DNA of 64,000 bases from Myxococcota bacterium. GTDB taxonomy: Bacteria > Myxococcota > UBA727 > VGSZ01. Positions 20,529-31,400 of this stretch are shown in pieces; position 1 is the first letter of the stretch; each line of letters starts with the position of its first letter. The notes under the pieces were generated by a model that worked only from the letters and a program-made list of their open reading frames with translations, did no database searches and was not told the origin of the DNA. A program made the translations under genes and the position numbers. The DNA lies in the NCBI GenBank assembly GCA_044349155.1, contig JBIKRQ010000002.1, forward strand, positions 5,606 through 69,605. The letters are read 5' to 3'.

Positions 20529-21485
20529 ATGTTGATCTGGCCGTCGTTGTTGCTGTCGCTCGCCTCCGCCACCGGCGCCTCTGCGGCGAAGCGTCCAGCT
20601 CGCCCGCCCGTGGCGACGCCGGCGGTCGCACCAGAACCGACACCACCGCCGACGCCACCACCTCCACCTCCACCTCCCACACCCGCACCGGTTGCTGCAC
20701 CCGCGGCCTCGAAGCTGTTGCGCGTGGCGGTGACTGACTTCGAAGTGGTGGACGACGTGGTGGCCCAACGCACCGCGCGCATTGTCGCCGACGACCTCGT
20801 GGCCGAGCTGCGCAAGCTGCAGGGCGTGTCGGTGATCGGCATGGACGAAGTGCGCACCATGCTCGCCGTTGAAGCCACGCGCGAAGTGTTGGCGTGTAGC
20901 GATGAACGCAGCTGCCTCAGCGAACTCACCGAAGCCCTGGGCGCCGAGGTCGTCGTCAGCGGCACCATCAGCATGCTCAACAACGAGCGCGTGCTCATCA
21001 TCCGTCGCATCCATCAGGCCGAGGCCCGCGTTGTTGCCACCTTCGACGAGCGGCTCGTGCCCGCGGGTGGCGAAGAGTTGTTGGCGGCCCTTGGCCCCGC
21101 CGTGACGATGTTGTTTCCCGAGCGTGCGCTGTTGCCGGGGCAGGTGCGCGGCGTGTCGGCAGCGCAGGCGCGCCTGCTCAATCCGCCGCCGTTGCCGGTG
21201 TGGTCGACGGCGACGGTGGCCAGTGTGGCTGCGTTGTCGGTCGCGGTGGGGGGCACGTTGGGCGTGTTGGCCAGCAACGAAGCGTTGGCCTTGCAGGCGG
21301 TCGTTGATGGCAGCGCGAAGACACCCGTGTCGGGGGCCAGCGTCGTCGAGCAGGAGCAGCGGCTGCAGGGCTACGCGCTCGCGGCCAACGTCGGCCTTGG
21401 CACCGGTGCGGCGTTGGCCATTGGTGCAGGCGTGATGGCGCTGTTCACCGACTGGCGCGGTGCTGCGTCGACGTCGTCAGAGTAG
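20529..21485 (+). CDS. Exported protein with CsgG/TolB_N-like alpha/beta domain, Pro linker and C-terminal hydrophobic hairpin
   Basis: Signal peptide, Pro-rich linker, RVAVTDF...SVIGMDEVRTML...CSDERSCLSEL..ALGAEVVVSG, a pattern common in myxobacteria. Confidence 0.6.
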   Translation: MLIWPSLLLSLASATGASAAKRPARPPVATPAVAPEPTPPPTPPPPPPPPTPAPVAAPAASKLLRVAVTDFEVVDDVVAQRTARIVADDLVAELRKLQGVSVIGMDEVRTMLAVEATREVLACSDERSCLSELTEALGAEVVVSGTISMLNNERVLIIRRIHQAEARVVATFDERLVPAGGEELLAALGPAVTMLFPERALLPGQVRGVSAAQARLLNPPPLPVWSTATVASVAALSVAVGGTLGVLASNEALALQAVVDGSAKTPVSGASVVEQEQRLQGYALAANVGLGTGAALAIGAGVMALFTDWRGAASTSSE

Positions 21486-23564
21486 CGCCCACACAAAGGG
21501 CGCAAAGGCCACGATCACGAGGGCCGTGGCCATCACCGAAGCGGGCATCAGCACGTGCGCGTGCCGTTGCCACCACGACTGCGGCCCTGCTGGCTCGTCG
21601 GTATTGCCGTGTTCCTCGTCGATGGTGGCAATGATCTGGCGCGCCAGCAGCTGGTTCAACGCGACCGGTGGCGCGAGGTAGCCAAGCTCGAAGCCCACCA
21701 GCACGACGAGCCAGAAGTGCACCGGGTCGATGCCACTGGCGCGCGCAATCGGCGCCAGCGTGACCGAGACGAGGACGACAGCCCCCAGCTCGTCCATGAA
21801 CATGCCGATCAACACGAGCAGCACGATCACCACGGCCATCGCCGCCACCGGTGACGCAAACGACGACGGCAACACGCGCATGACGTCGGCGCGCTCAACC
21901 ACACCGCCCAACGCCACCGAGCCGCACATCATCAGCAACAACGCGCCAAGGGTACCGCTGGTGTCGGCGGTGGCGGTTTGCAAGCGCGTGAGCACCGAGG
22001 GGACGTCGACGTCGCGGCGCGCCTCAAACGCGATCCACGCCAGCACCACCATCGGCAAGATGAGCGGTGCGGTGTGCTCGTTCAAGTCGGCACCAAGCAC
22101 CAGCCAGCACGCGCCGAGCACCACCACCGCCAGCACGACGTAGCCCGCCAGTGCGCGCAGCGCGGTCAGCGACGCCGACCAGCGCGACGACGATGAGGAC
22201 ACCGCTGTCGACGCTGGTGCTGGCCACACGCGATGCCACACGAAGAAGGCGAGTGCCGTGAGCACCGAGGTAAGCACGAACACGAAGCGACCGCGGTTGT
22301 ACAGCTCGTCGGTGGTGACGTCGGTGTTGAGCGTGGCCACGAGCACGACGACAAGGCAGGGCCGCAGCACCACACCCAGGCTGCCCGCCATCGCGGTGAC
22401 GGCGGTGGCCAACGAGCGCGAAGCCCCCGCCGCGCGCAGTTCGCGAAACACCACGCTGCCCACGGCCACCACAAAAATGCCCGACGCACCCGACCACGCC
22501 ACGGGCCAGGCACTGAGCACGACGACGACGACGGCCAACGCGGCGGGCGGCAAGCGCAACGGCGTAACGACAGCGAACACCAACGAGGCCACCCGCGTGC
22601 GCGCGAGCAGCAGACCCGTCCACATGTACAAGCCGATGCCCACGTACACCGACGGAATCTGCGCAAACTTGTGCAGGAAGATGGCCGCACCACTGCTGTG
22701 GTGCTCGACGACGAGGAAGTACACGCCGGCCATGCTCGCCATGATGGCGTACAGCGGGATCGACAAAAGCCCCGCAACCACACGCGCGCGCGACCACGAC
22801 GCTGTGGGCAGTTCGTTCGGCGGCCGAACAAGGTGCACCACGTTCGTTGCGGCCAACACAACAAAGCCCGCGCACCACAGCACCGAGAGCACCACGTCGT
22901 CGACGGAGGCGTCGCTGTGGCTCAACACGCCCACGTCGGCCACGCACGAGGCCAACCACAGCGCGTGGGCCAGCAACTGCACCGCTTCACCGAGGGCAGC
23001 ACCAACGCGATCGACGGGATCGCGCAAAGCGATGTGCCGACGACCAAGGCTCGCCACAAACCCCGCCGACAACACGAGCACGACGAGCAGATGTTTGAGC
23101 CACGCGAAGCGCGAAAACGCCGCCACGGTGCCCTCGATGGCGGCAAACGCCGCAACACTGCTGGTGCGGGCCACGACGTCGTCACGGTAGGCCTGCTGCG
23201 CCGCCTGACACGCGCTCACGAGCTGTTGCACGGCGGTGCAGTTGTCGGCGGTGGCCGGCGCGGTGTCGGCAAACGGGTCGGGGGCGGCGGGCTCGGCGAA
23301 CGGATCGGCGGGCGCTGTCGTCGACGCAGGTGCTGCACTCGTGCACGTTTTCGTCCGCGCTTGCAGGGCGGCGATGTCGCAGTCGGGGGCCGTGGGCACC
23401 TGACGCAGGCGCGCGGCATAGCCGGGCCACACGCGCTCGGCGACGCCGACAAGGCGGCCATCGAGGTTGGGGCCGATGCCCACCACAAGGGCACACAGCA
23501 ACAACGCGAGCACCCACAACGAGAGCGCGCGCGACAGCGTGGTGGCACCCGACGACGTCGTCAT
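21477..23564 (-). CDS. dctM: TRAP transporter large permease (fused, DctM-like)
   Basis: SGASGIFV, MAGSLGVVLRPC, GMFMDELGAV, GIDPVHFW, ELGYLAPPVALN; many TM helices. Confidence 0.88.
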   Translation of the reverse strand: MTTSSGATTLSRALSLWVLALLLCALVVGIGPNLDGRLVGVAERVWPGYAARLRQVPTAPDCDIAALQARTKTCTSAAPASTTAPADPFAEPAAPDPFADTAPATADNCTAVQQLVSACQAAQQAYRDDVVARTSSVAAFAAIEGTVAAFSRFAWLKHLLVVLVLSAGFVASLGRRHIALRDPVDRVGAALGEAVQLLAHALWLASCVADVGVLSHSDASVDDVVLSVLWCAGFVVLAATNVVHLVRPPNELPTASWSRARVVAGLLSIPLYAIMASMAGVYFLVVEHHSSGAAIFLHKFAQIPSVYVGIGLYMWTGLLLARTRVASLVFAVVTPLRLPPAALAVVVVVLSAWPVAWSGASGIFVVAVGSVVFRELRAAGASRSLATAVTAMAGSLGVVLRPCLVVVLVATLNTDVTTDELYNRGRFVFVLTSVLTALAFFVWHRVWPAPASTAVSSSSSRWSASLTALRALAGYVVLAVVVLGACWLVLGADLNEHTAPLILPMVVLAWIAFEARRDVDVPSVLTRLQTATADTSGTLGALLLMMCGSVALGGVVERADVMRVLPSSFASPVAAMAVVIVLLVLIGMFMDELGAVVLVSVTLAPIARASGIDPVHFWLVVLVGFELGYLAPPVALNQLLARQIIATIDEEHGNTDEPAGPQSWWQRHAHVLMPASVMATALVIVAFAPFVWALL

Positions 23565-23571
23565 TCGTTCG

Positions 23572-24603
23572 TCATTCTTTCGCTTCGGCGCATTCCGCGC
23601 GGGCGGCGTTTTTGGCGCAGCGCATTTTGCGCATCACCGAGAGCATCGAGCCGTCGTAGCCCCCGGCATCGCGCACCTGCACGCGCACGGATTGAAACAA
23701 CGTGGACCACGCTTGCTGCGTGCTGGTGTCGACGGTGACCCAGTACTTCGCGGGGATCTTCTGCTCCGCACGCGTCACGAGCGCCAACGCGTCGTTGAAG
23801 TGCTCGGCGAACCACGTGCGCGCGCTGGCGGCAAACGTCGACGGAAACTGTGCGGGATGCACCATCACCTGCATCGTGGCCTGGGCCAGTGGTGCCTTGA
23901 GGATGCCGCCTTTGGCGCCGAGACCGCGCGCGAGTTCGAAGGGTTGAAACGCCGGGGCCGAGACGTAGCAGGCATCGACGTCGCCGTTGTTGAAGCGCGG
24001 CGCCAGCGTCGACAAATCCACCGGCACCACCACGGCACCCACGCGCGTGACCATCGTGGTCGAGGCCTTGTCGTAGTCCATGGTGGCGATGCGTTTGCCG
24101 GCGAGCTCGGGCACGCTGTCGACGCTGCGGTCGCGCACGAGCAGGTAGACTGCCCCAATCGGCAGCACACCCACCACGCTGTGTTGCGCGTTGCTGAGCT
24201 TGCTCGCCGCTGCCGGTGACGTCGACAACGTGGTGACCATCTGCTGCAGGTCGCTGTACTCGGGCAGGGCCCCAATGGCCTCGAGTGTTGCCGAGAAGCG
24301 GTTGTGTTGCTGCAAGCGAATGCCCGTTGCCGCCACGCCATCGCACACGCCGGCGAGGTAGTCCTTCGAGGCGGTTTCCTCGTCGGTGTAGGGCTTGACG
24401 GTGAGGCTCACGCCCCACGCCGAGGCAGCGGTGGCGAAGCGCTGCAACAGGCCGAAGTAGTCGCCCGCACGGCCCGCAGGATCGAACACGCACAGCGTGC
24501 GCGACGGCGTCGCTCCTTGTGCGTGCGCGACCGACGACGACAACGCGGTCACCAGGGCCATCGCCACCAGCGTTGATGCAGACCGCGTAGACAACGAGCG
24601 CAT
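23572..24603 (-). CDS. TRAP substrate-binding protein (DctP-like, DUF6091/AdeT type)
   Basis: Signal peptide; LCVFDPAG, PYTDEETA, ELAGKRIATMDYD, PRFNNGDVDAC; C-terminal RCAKNAARAEC. Confidence 0.8.
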   Translation of the reverse strand: MRSLSTRSASTLVAMALVTALSSSVAHAQGATPSRTLCVFDPAGRAGDYFGLLQRFATAASAWGVSLTVKPYTDEETASKDYLAGVCDGVAATGIRLQQHNRFSATLEAIGALPEYSDLQQMVTTLSTSPAAASKLSNAQHSVVGVLPIGAVYLLVRDRSVDSVPELAGKRIATMDYDKASTTMVTRVGAVVVPVDLSTLAPRFNNGDVDACYVSAPAFQPFELARGLGAKGGILKAPLAQATMQVMVHPAQFPSTFAASARTWFAEHFNDALALVTRAEQKIPAKYWVTVDTSTQQAWSTLFQSVRVQVRDAGGYDGSMLSVMRKMRCAKNAARAECAEAKE

Positions 24604-24606
24604 GGC

Positions 24607-25605
24607 TTACTCCGCGAAGGGATCGGTGACGGGTGGTGCAGGCAACGACGGCGCTGACGACGACGACGGCGGTGCCTGACCGAAGGTGGGCGTGCGGTGA
24701 CCGGTGGCTTCGGTCCACCACAAGTCGCTCTGCTGTTGGCTGACTTCGAAGGCGTACTCGTCGAGCAGGGCCCATTCGTCGTCGCGCTTCGTGGTGGTGA
24801 TCGACGCGGCATGACGCGCGAGCGCCGTCGTGACGATGTCGGTGCGACCGGCGTTCATCGCCATCAACACCTGAATGGCGCGGGCCACGCGAACGCCGCT
24901 GCGCTCGCCGTCGGTGGCGGCACTCTCGAGCATCGGCCAGCCTTCGGCGTCGCCCACCATGGCTGCGGCCGCACCGCGCACGGCTTTGGGCGCAAACCAC
25001 CAGGCCTTGTCGTCGACGCAGACCGAGGCACGCGCCAACACCGCGAGGCGGTTGCGCGGCACGCCAACAACACCGCCCGCGCTGGCGTCGTGCAGGAGCG
25101 CGAGGGTGCCGGTGATCAAACCAAAGACCCAGACAAACTGCTCGTCGCGGTTGCCGCCAAGGCCGTCGGGGCAGCCCTCTCCGTCGGCGAGCCCCGAGGT
25201 GGGCCAGTGTTTTTGCAGCGCTTCAAACGAGCGCTCGAAGCGATCCGCAGCATGGCCGTGGGCCCGTCGTGCCTGCAGGCTGGCGTCTTCGATGGCTGCA
25301 CTTTGCGCGGGTCCAGCGGGCCACAGGTGCCGCGCGCGCAGGGCGCTCAAGTCGGCCTCCCACGCGTCTTTCTCGTCGCACGAGGCGCCAACGCCTTCGG
25401 CGATCACGCGCGCGCCCCAGGCATCGCCACCGGCGGCGGCGAGGGGGTGAATGAGGGCCGCACCCATCGAGCAGACCTTGCGCACGTCGCCCACATCGGT
25501 GGCGGTGTCGACGAGGGGACCAAGCGTGAACTGCTCGGCCACCGCCGACGGGCAGCCAACGCCAACGACCACCACAACAGCAACGAGGAGCAAAGCAGTG
25601 CGCAC
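24607..25605 (-). CDS. TPAT T-component (TatT-like) lipoprotein
   Basis: Lipobox VGVGC, all-helical Cys-containing protein directly upstream of the TRAP P and M genes. GTG start at 25605 chosen to avoid overlap. Confidence 0.6.
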   Translation of the reverse strand: MRTALLLVAVVVVVGVGCPSAVAEQFTLGPLVDTATDVGDVRKVCSMGAALIHPLAAAGGDAWGARVIAEGVGASCDEKDAWEADLSALRARHLWPAGPAQSAAIEDASLQARRAHGHAADRFERSFEALQKHWPTSGLADGEGCPDGLGGNRDEQFVWVFGLITGTLALLHDASAGGVVGVPRNRLAVLARASVCVDDKAWWFAPKAVRGAAAAMVGDAEGWPMLESAATDGERSGVRVARAIQVLMAMNAGRTDIVTTALARHAASITTTKRDDEWALLDEYAFEVSQQQSDLWWTEATGHRTPTFGQAPPSSSSAPSLPAPPVTDPFAE

Positions 25606-25610
25606 GGCGA

Positions 25611-26171
25611 TCAGCTGCCGTGTTGCGCTGTGGGTGGCAACGCCTGACGTCGACGCCACGCCAACACCAGTCCCACACAGGCCGCGACGAGTCCTGCCAG
25701 ATACGCCGCGAACTTCAGCGCCGTGAGCACGCCGACGGCGTTGGCCAGCCCCTGCGACTCGTCAGGAAAGGTGCGTGTGAGTACCAAGGCGACGCTGTTT
25801 TCGACGAGGTCGATGGCAAACGCGGCCCAGGGCAACGCCACCAACGTGCGTGCGCGCTGTGTCGACCACAGCTGCACGATCGCCAGATGCACCATCGCCA
25901 ACAGCGCGACGGGGAACAGCAGGTCGAAGAGAACGATCTCAGCGAGGTACAGGGCGCGGCCGTCGTCGCCCATCTTGTGCAGCACCTCGTGCACCGCTTC
26001 AGCCCCAGCGAGGGGCATCGCGTCGAGGGTGCCGGGGCCTGAGCGCTGCTTGAACCACACCATCGTGCCCGGCGCGTTCACGACGTTGGTGCCGACAGCC
26101 ATCACCGCCGACAGCACGGTGGCACACAGCAGCAGACGCGGGCGCTTCGTCATGGTGGCTGCGTGCAGCAC
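25611..26171 (-). CDS. Hypothetical membrane protein (about 4 TM)
   Basis: GDDGRALY...DLLFP...DLVEN...TALKF pattern; abuts the upstream stop (TGA-GTG). Confidence 0.7.
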   Translation of the reverse strand: MLHAATMTKRPRLLLCATVLSAVMAVGTNVVNAPGTMVWFKQRSGPGTLDAMPLAGAEAVHEVLHKMGDDGRALYLAEIVLFDLLFPVALLAMVHLAIVQLWSTQRARTLVALPWAAFAIDLVENSVALVLTRTFPDESQGLANAVGVLTALKFAAYLAGLVAACVGLVLAWRRRQALPPTAQHGS

Positions 26172-27314
26172 TCAGGGCGCGACAACAACCCCGCTGCCGC
26201 GGACCCACCCCACGACGACAGACGTGCCCGGGCGCAACCGGGGCGGATCGCGGCGTTGCAGGCGCCAGGTGTCGTCGTGCAGGGCGCGGTAGTTCTGCAG
26301 GCCGTCGGCGCTGTTGGCGTTCACCAGCGTGATGCGGGCTGGCGCATCAACGTCGACGGTACCCGCGTTGTCGACGACCACATCGAACACCAGGGCCGTG
26401 CTCGTTGGGTGCAGACGCACGGTGGCAGCGGCTTCGGCGTGCTCGTGTGCCACCACCGACGCGAGCGTGGCGGCACCCCAGGCATCGCTGTCGTCGACGG
26501 CGCCCAGGCGAAACCACGACACGCGCGGCCACGGATGCTGCGCCAAAAAGCGTTGCACCTCGGCGCGTGTGACGGACACGCCCACGCCGTCAGCGAGGGT
26601 GGCGCGGTACGTGGGCAACGCCACCCGCAGCACGGGCAGCACTGCTGGCGGCACTGCGGCGACGAAGCGGTTGAAGTCGCGCGCCGCGTCGTCGACGTCG
26701 AAGATGACCGGGGCTTTCACCATGTGCACCTGCACCGTGAGGCCATCGACGACTGCTGCGAGTTCCTGCAGCGCACCGCTGTCGCTGGCCCACGTGGGCA
26801 GCGCGGTGATGGTGAGGCGCAGGCCGCTCGACGTCGTCGCCACGCGTGTGCGGGCGAGCCAGGCGGCGTAGTCGCGCAACGCGCGGGTGGGGCAGTCGTG
26901 GTCGATCTCGATGGCGGTGACGTTCACGCCACCTGCACGCAGGGCCTGCGCGCGCACCAGCAGCGGTGCGATATCGAGTGTGTTGTCGACGCTGTTGTCG
27001 ACTTCATCGCCAATGCGCCACACCAACGTGACCTCGCGCGCCGGGAAGTCGCGGGCCTGCCAGTCGACCCACACCTCACGGCGTTCGTTCGCGTGGCCCT
27101 GGTGTTCGTGTTCGCGCGCCAACACCTTGAAGCGCGAAACGGTGTTCGCCGCAGCACGCATCTCGGCGCGCACGTCGTCGGTGATGGTGCGTCGCCACAC
27201 GTACACATCGTGCGCCGCGGTGTCGGCGACGACCGGCGTCGGCAGGCGCGACGACGTGCACGACGCGAGCAGCAGGAGCACGAGGACGACGACGAGGACG
27301 ACGGCCCGGTTCAC
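26172..27314 (-). CDS. DUF3142-domain lipoprotein (TIM-barrel, glycoside-hydrolase-like)
   Basis: YVWRR, IEIDHDCPT, ITALPTW, TVQVH, VALPTY, WFRL motifs; lipobox LLASC; GTGA overlap with the serC stop. Confidence 0.8.
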   Translation of the reverse strand: MNRAVVLVVVLVLLLLASCTSSRLPTPVVADTAAHDVYVWRRTITDDVRAEMRAAANTVSRFKVLAREHEHQGHANERREVWVDWQARDFPAREVTLVWRIGDEVDNSVDNTLDIAPLLVRAQALRAGGVNVTAIEIDHDCPTRALRDYAAWLARTRVATTSSGLRLTITALPTWASDSGALQELAAVVDGLTVQVHMVKAPVIFDVDDAARDFNRFVAAVPPAVLPVLRVALPTYRATLADGVGVSVTRAEVQRFLAQHPWPRVSWFRLGAVDDSDAWGAATLASVVAHEHAEAAATVRLHPTSTALVFDVVVDNAGTVDVDAPARITLVNANSADGLQNYRALHDDTWRLQRRDPPRLRPGTSVVVGWVRGSGVVVAP

Positions 27315-28405
27315 CGCGAAGCGACCCACTCCTCGAGGAAGCCGCACAACGCGCGCACGTCGTCGACCTCGACGGCGTTGTACAGCGACACGCGCAGACC
27401 ACCGATGCTGCGGTGGCCGCCGATGCCCACAAGGCCTGTGCGCTCTGCAGCGGCAATCAAGCCCGCTTCAGCAGCGCGGTCTTTCAAGCGAAACGTGACG
27501 TTCATCTGCGAGCGGCTGTCGACGTCGGCGTGGGGCACGAACACATCGGGATGGCGATCGAGCAGGCCATACAACAGCTCGGCCTTCGCCGTGTTGCGCG
27601 CGGCCATCCCCTGCACACCACCGACGACGTTTTTCACCCAACGCGCCACCAGCAGCGTCACGTAGATCGCGAACACGGGAGGCGTGTTGTAGATGCTGTT
27701 GGCCTCAGCATGCGCGCGGTACGTGAGCAGCTCGGGCAAATCAGCACCGCGGTCGCGCCACAGGTCGTCTTTGACGACGACAACGGTCACACCCGCTGGG
27801 CCCAGGTTCTTCTGCGCGTGCGCATACACGAGGTCGTAGCGCTGCGTTGGATGGGGGCGGCTCAAGAAGTCCGACGACATGTCGCAGATGCGCGGCACAC
27901 CATCGAGGCCGAGGGTTTCGTGAAACTGCAGCCCCTCGACGGTCTCGTTGTTGACGACGTGCAGGTAGGCAGCAGTCGGCGACAAATCGAGCTCGCTGTT
28001 GCGCGGGACGCGCGTGTAGCCAGCGGCCTTGCCGTCGTAGACCACGCGCACCGGTCCTTCGACGCGTGCAGCGGCAATCGCCTTCTCGCTCCAATAGCCG
28101 GTGACGACGTAGTCGGCGGCGTGTTGGGCATCGCAGCCGCGCAGCAGGTGCATGGGCACCATCGAGAATTGCAGGCTGCCGCCGCCTTGCAAAAACAGCA
28201 CGCGATAGCCCCTGGGCAGATCGAGCAGCTCGCTGAACAACGCCTCGGCTTCTTCCACCATCGAGGCAAACAACGTCGAGCGGTGGCTCACGCCCAGGAT
28301 CGACAAGCCGGTATCGGGCAGTTCGTCGATCGCTTGTTGTGCTTCGGCGAGCACGCTGTCGGGCAGTGCCCCTGGACCAGCGCTGAAGTTACGGCTGCGG
28401 CTCAT
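27311..28405 (-). CDS. serC: Phosphoserine aminotransferase (SerC family)
   Basis: NFSAGPG, SHRS, FLQGGGSLQF, NNETVEG, DMSSD, AQKNLGPAG (PLP Lys), YNTPPVF, GHRSIGGLRVSLYNA. Confidence 0.95.
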   Translation of the reverse strand: MSRSRNFSAGPGALPDSVLAEAQQAIDELPDTGLSILGVSHRSTLFASMVEEAEALFSELLDLPRGYRVLFLQGGGSLQFSMVPMHLLRGCDAQHAADYVVTGYWSEKAIAAARVEGPVRVVYDGKAAGYTRVPRNSELDLSPTAAYLHVVNNETVEGLQFHETLGLDGVPRICDMSSDFLSRPHPTQRYDLVYAHAQKNLGPAGVTVVVVKDDLWRDRGADLPELLTYRAHAEANSIYNTPPVFAIYVTLLVARWVKNVVGGVQGMAARNTAKAELLYGLLDRHPDVFVPHADVDSRSQMNVTFRLKDRAAEAGLIAAAERTGLVGIGGHRSIGGLRVSLYNAVEVDDVRALCGFLEEWVASR

Positions 28406-31400
28406 CGGAGATCTCCCAGGCGGTAAATGAAGCTGTCGACGACGTCGGCGGCCTGTGCGTCGTTGAGCACATGACGGTTGTGCCAGAGGTTCAACCACAG
28501 CGAACCATCGGCGGTGGTGGCAGCCACGAGCATCTGCTCGAAGAACAAGAACGCTGGCGGTGGCTCCAACTCGGGGCGCTTCACGAGGGCTGCCGCACGC
28601 TTCGACGACGGCGGCAACATGTTGAAGGCGATCTTCGCGGGCATGTAGCGCGACGCAAACGACGACGGCGCCAGCTGTGAGACGAGGTGGTCGATCGAGA
28701 CCGCCTGGTCCAGCGCTTCGAGCCAGCCATGGCGTACCGCCTCGATGGTGTCGTCGAAGCGCTCGCGTCTCTTGCCTGGCCGCAGCGTGAGCAGGTTCAC
28801 GCAATAGCCAACCATCGCGCGCTCGGCGGGCGTGTGGCGGTTGTAGAGGTGGGTGTTGACGAGCAGGTCATCGTCGTCGTCACGCTGTTGGTGCAGCTCG
28901 GTAAACACCGACAACAACAACAGCGTGAGCGACACGCCGCGCCGGCGCGCTGCTTCGTGCAACACGTCGACCACCGCGCGCGGCACCACGCGCACCACGC
29001 TGCCACCGTCGTAGTCCCACGACTGCAGTGCCTGTGCTGCGGGCGTGAAGCGTCGATGGGAAGCCAGGCGTTGTCGCCAGCCGTCGACGAGATCGACGCC
29101 TGCGGGGCTGTCGAGGCGCGCCACTTCGCGCGCGGCGTGTTCGGCGAATTGTTCGCTCAACGGCGCCAGTGTCGGCGTCGACGACAACAGTGTTGCCAGC
29201 TCGCGGCGCAGGATCTCGGTCGACCAGCCATCGGTGGCGATGTGGTGCACCGTCAGCACCACCAACGAGCGCTGCGACGACGTGAACACGGCTCCCCGCC
29301 ACAGGGTTTCGCTCTGCAACGAAAACGCCGTGCGGTCGCTGGTGGCCGCCCAGGCCTGTGCTTGTGCATCGAGGACGTCGTCGTCGCAGACCAACGTTGT
29401 CAGTGGCAACGCGTCGATGGTGGGTGGGTCGAGTGCAATGGCACTGCTGTCGCTCGTGATGCGCAGGCGCAACGATTCATGACGGCTGGCGAGGACGACG
29501 AGGGCCTGCTGCAGCGCATGCACGCTGGTGCCCGCGGGCATCTCGTACACGCTGGTGATGTGGTCGAACAACGCGCCGGGGTGGGCGGCATCGAGGGCCA
29601 CGAGACGTCGCTGGCGCCACGACAACGGCAACGGGCCCGGGCGCACGACCGGGGGCACAGCTTCGACGGTGCTGTCGAGGCCAACGACGTGGGCGGCCAA
29701 CAACGCGACGGTCGGGTGGTCGTAGGCGGCCGTCGCCGACAACGTGCAGCCCGTGTGCGTTTGCAGGTCGCCAGCCAGGCCCACCACCTGCAGCGAGTCC
29801 ATGCCGAGCTCGGCAAACGTGCGCTGGCGATCCACAACGCCACCCACCAGCCGCGCGACGTGGTCGGCAATCCAATCGCTCAGCTCCGCCGCACGCGCCT
29901 GCAGTGCCGGCGCTGATGTCGTGCCGAGCGTGGTGCCGATCGTCATGCCGATCGTCGTCGAGGAGGACGACGGCGCGGCTGCTCCTCGCGTGGCCAACAT
30001 GTGGGCGAGCCACGGTGCCGCCGCCACCGTTTGCGAGAAGTGTGGGTTGCGCAGCAGCGAGAACATCAGCGGTTCGTCGTCGACAGCGCTCATGTTGGCG
30101 GCGGCCAGCAGCGGCTCCAGCGATGGATCGATGCGCAGCAGTGCTGGCAGCCACGGCATGAACATCGACGTGAAATTCTTCAGCAGGTCTTCAAAGACCT
30201 CGCGCGACCACGCGTAGCGCTCCTCGTCACTCGCCTGCAGGCAGGCGAGGTAGGCGGCGTCGGTGACCACGTGCTGTTGTTCCTCTTGCGCGTGGGCGCG
30301 GTGCGCGTCGGCCCAGGTGGGCTGGATCGTGCCCGGCGCTTCTTGCGACAACAGATGGTCAAAGTAGATGGTGTATTCTTCGAAGAAGAGCACCGTTACC
30401 CACATCATGAAGTGCGCCCGGGCGGGGTTTTTCTCACTCCCCTGACCGAAGGCAACGGTGCGATCGTAGAAGCGCTGTGTGGTGGCGCGCTGCTCGTCCA
30501 TCGCCGGCACGTGCTCGGGATGCAGGGCGCGCAACATCGTCGACAAGCGGCGGAAGGTGCGGACGTGTTTGGCCTCTTCCTCGTCGAGCATGTCGAGGCT
30601 GCGCGTGGGGCCAAGGCTTGCGCGCTGACCCGCCGAAAAGCGCAGCACCGCTTCTTCCAGCGCCACAAACACGTCGCACGCCGAGGTCGCCAGCACCCAC
30701 TGCAACGTCTCCAGTGCCTGGGGATGCGCCGCAAACTGGTCGACGTCGAGGCGGTGCGCGGTGAATATTCCCTTGCCGGCATATACACCCGGGGCAGCAA
30801 AAGCGTCCCAGCGGATGTCGCGCTCCTCGTCGTAGCGGTAGCGCGTGTGGCGACGATCCAGGCGCGCAAACCGCGGCAACAGGTCGACGTAGAGGTCCTC
30901 GCCGACATCGCTGTCGGCCGGTGCCGCACCCGCTGTGCTGCGCCAGTGCAACACGCAGGGCAGGGTGTCGTCGACGAGGCCAGCCCGACACGCGCTGCGC
31001 TGGAGTTTGCCACTCGATGTTTTGGGCACCGCCTGGGGCGGGCAGAGCGCAATGCGCGTGGGCGACACCCCGTGGCGCGTGGCGAGGGCGGTCTGCAGTG
31101 CCGACACAATGGCCTGCGCCGTGTCGTCGTCGATAGCCCCCACTTCGAGGGCGATGCCGAGGCTCTCGTTGCCCTCGTGGTCGACATCCGCGAAGGCACA
31201 GGCTGACCCGCGGCGCACGGCGGCGTGGGCACCTTCGACGGTGGCCTCGAGGTCGTGCGGGTAGTGGTTGTGGCCGCGCACAATGATCATGTCCTTGATG
31301 CGGCCGGTGACAAACAGCGTGCCGTCGTCGTCGAGAAAGCCGAGATCGCCCGTGCGCAGCGCGCCATCGTTGGTGGTCGGCAGCGGCGTGGTCTGCGCCA

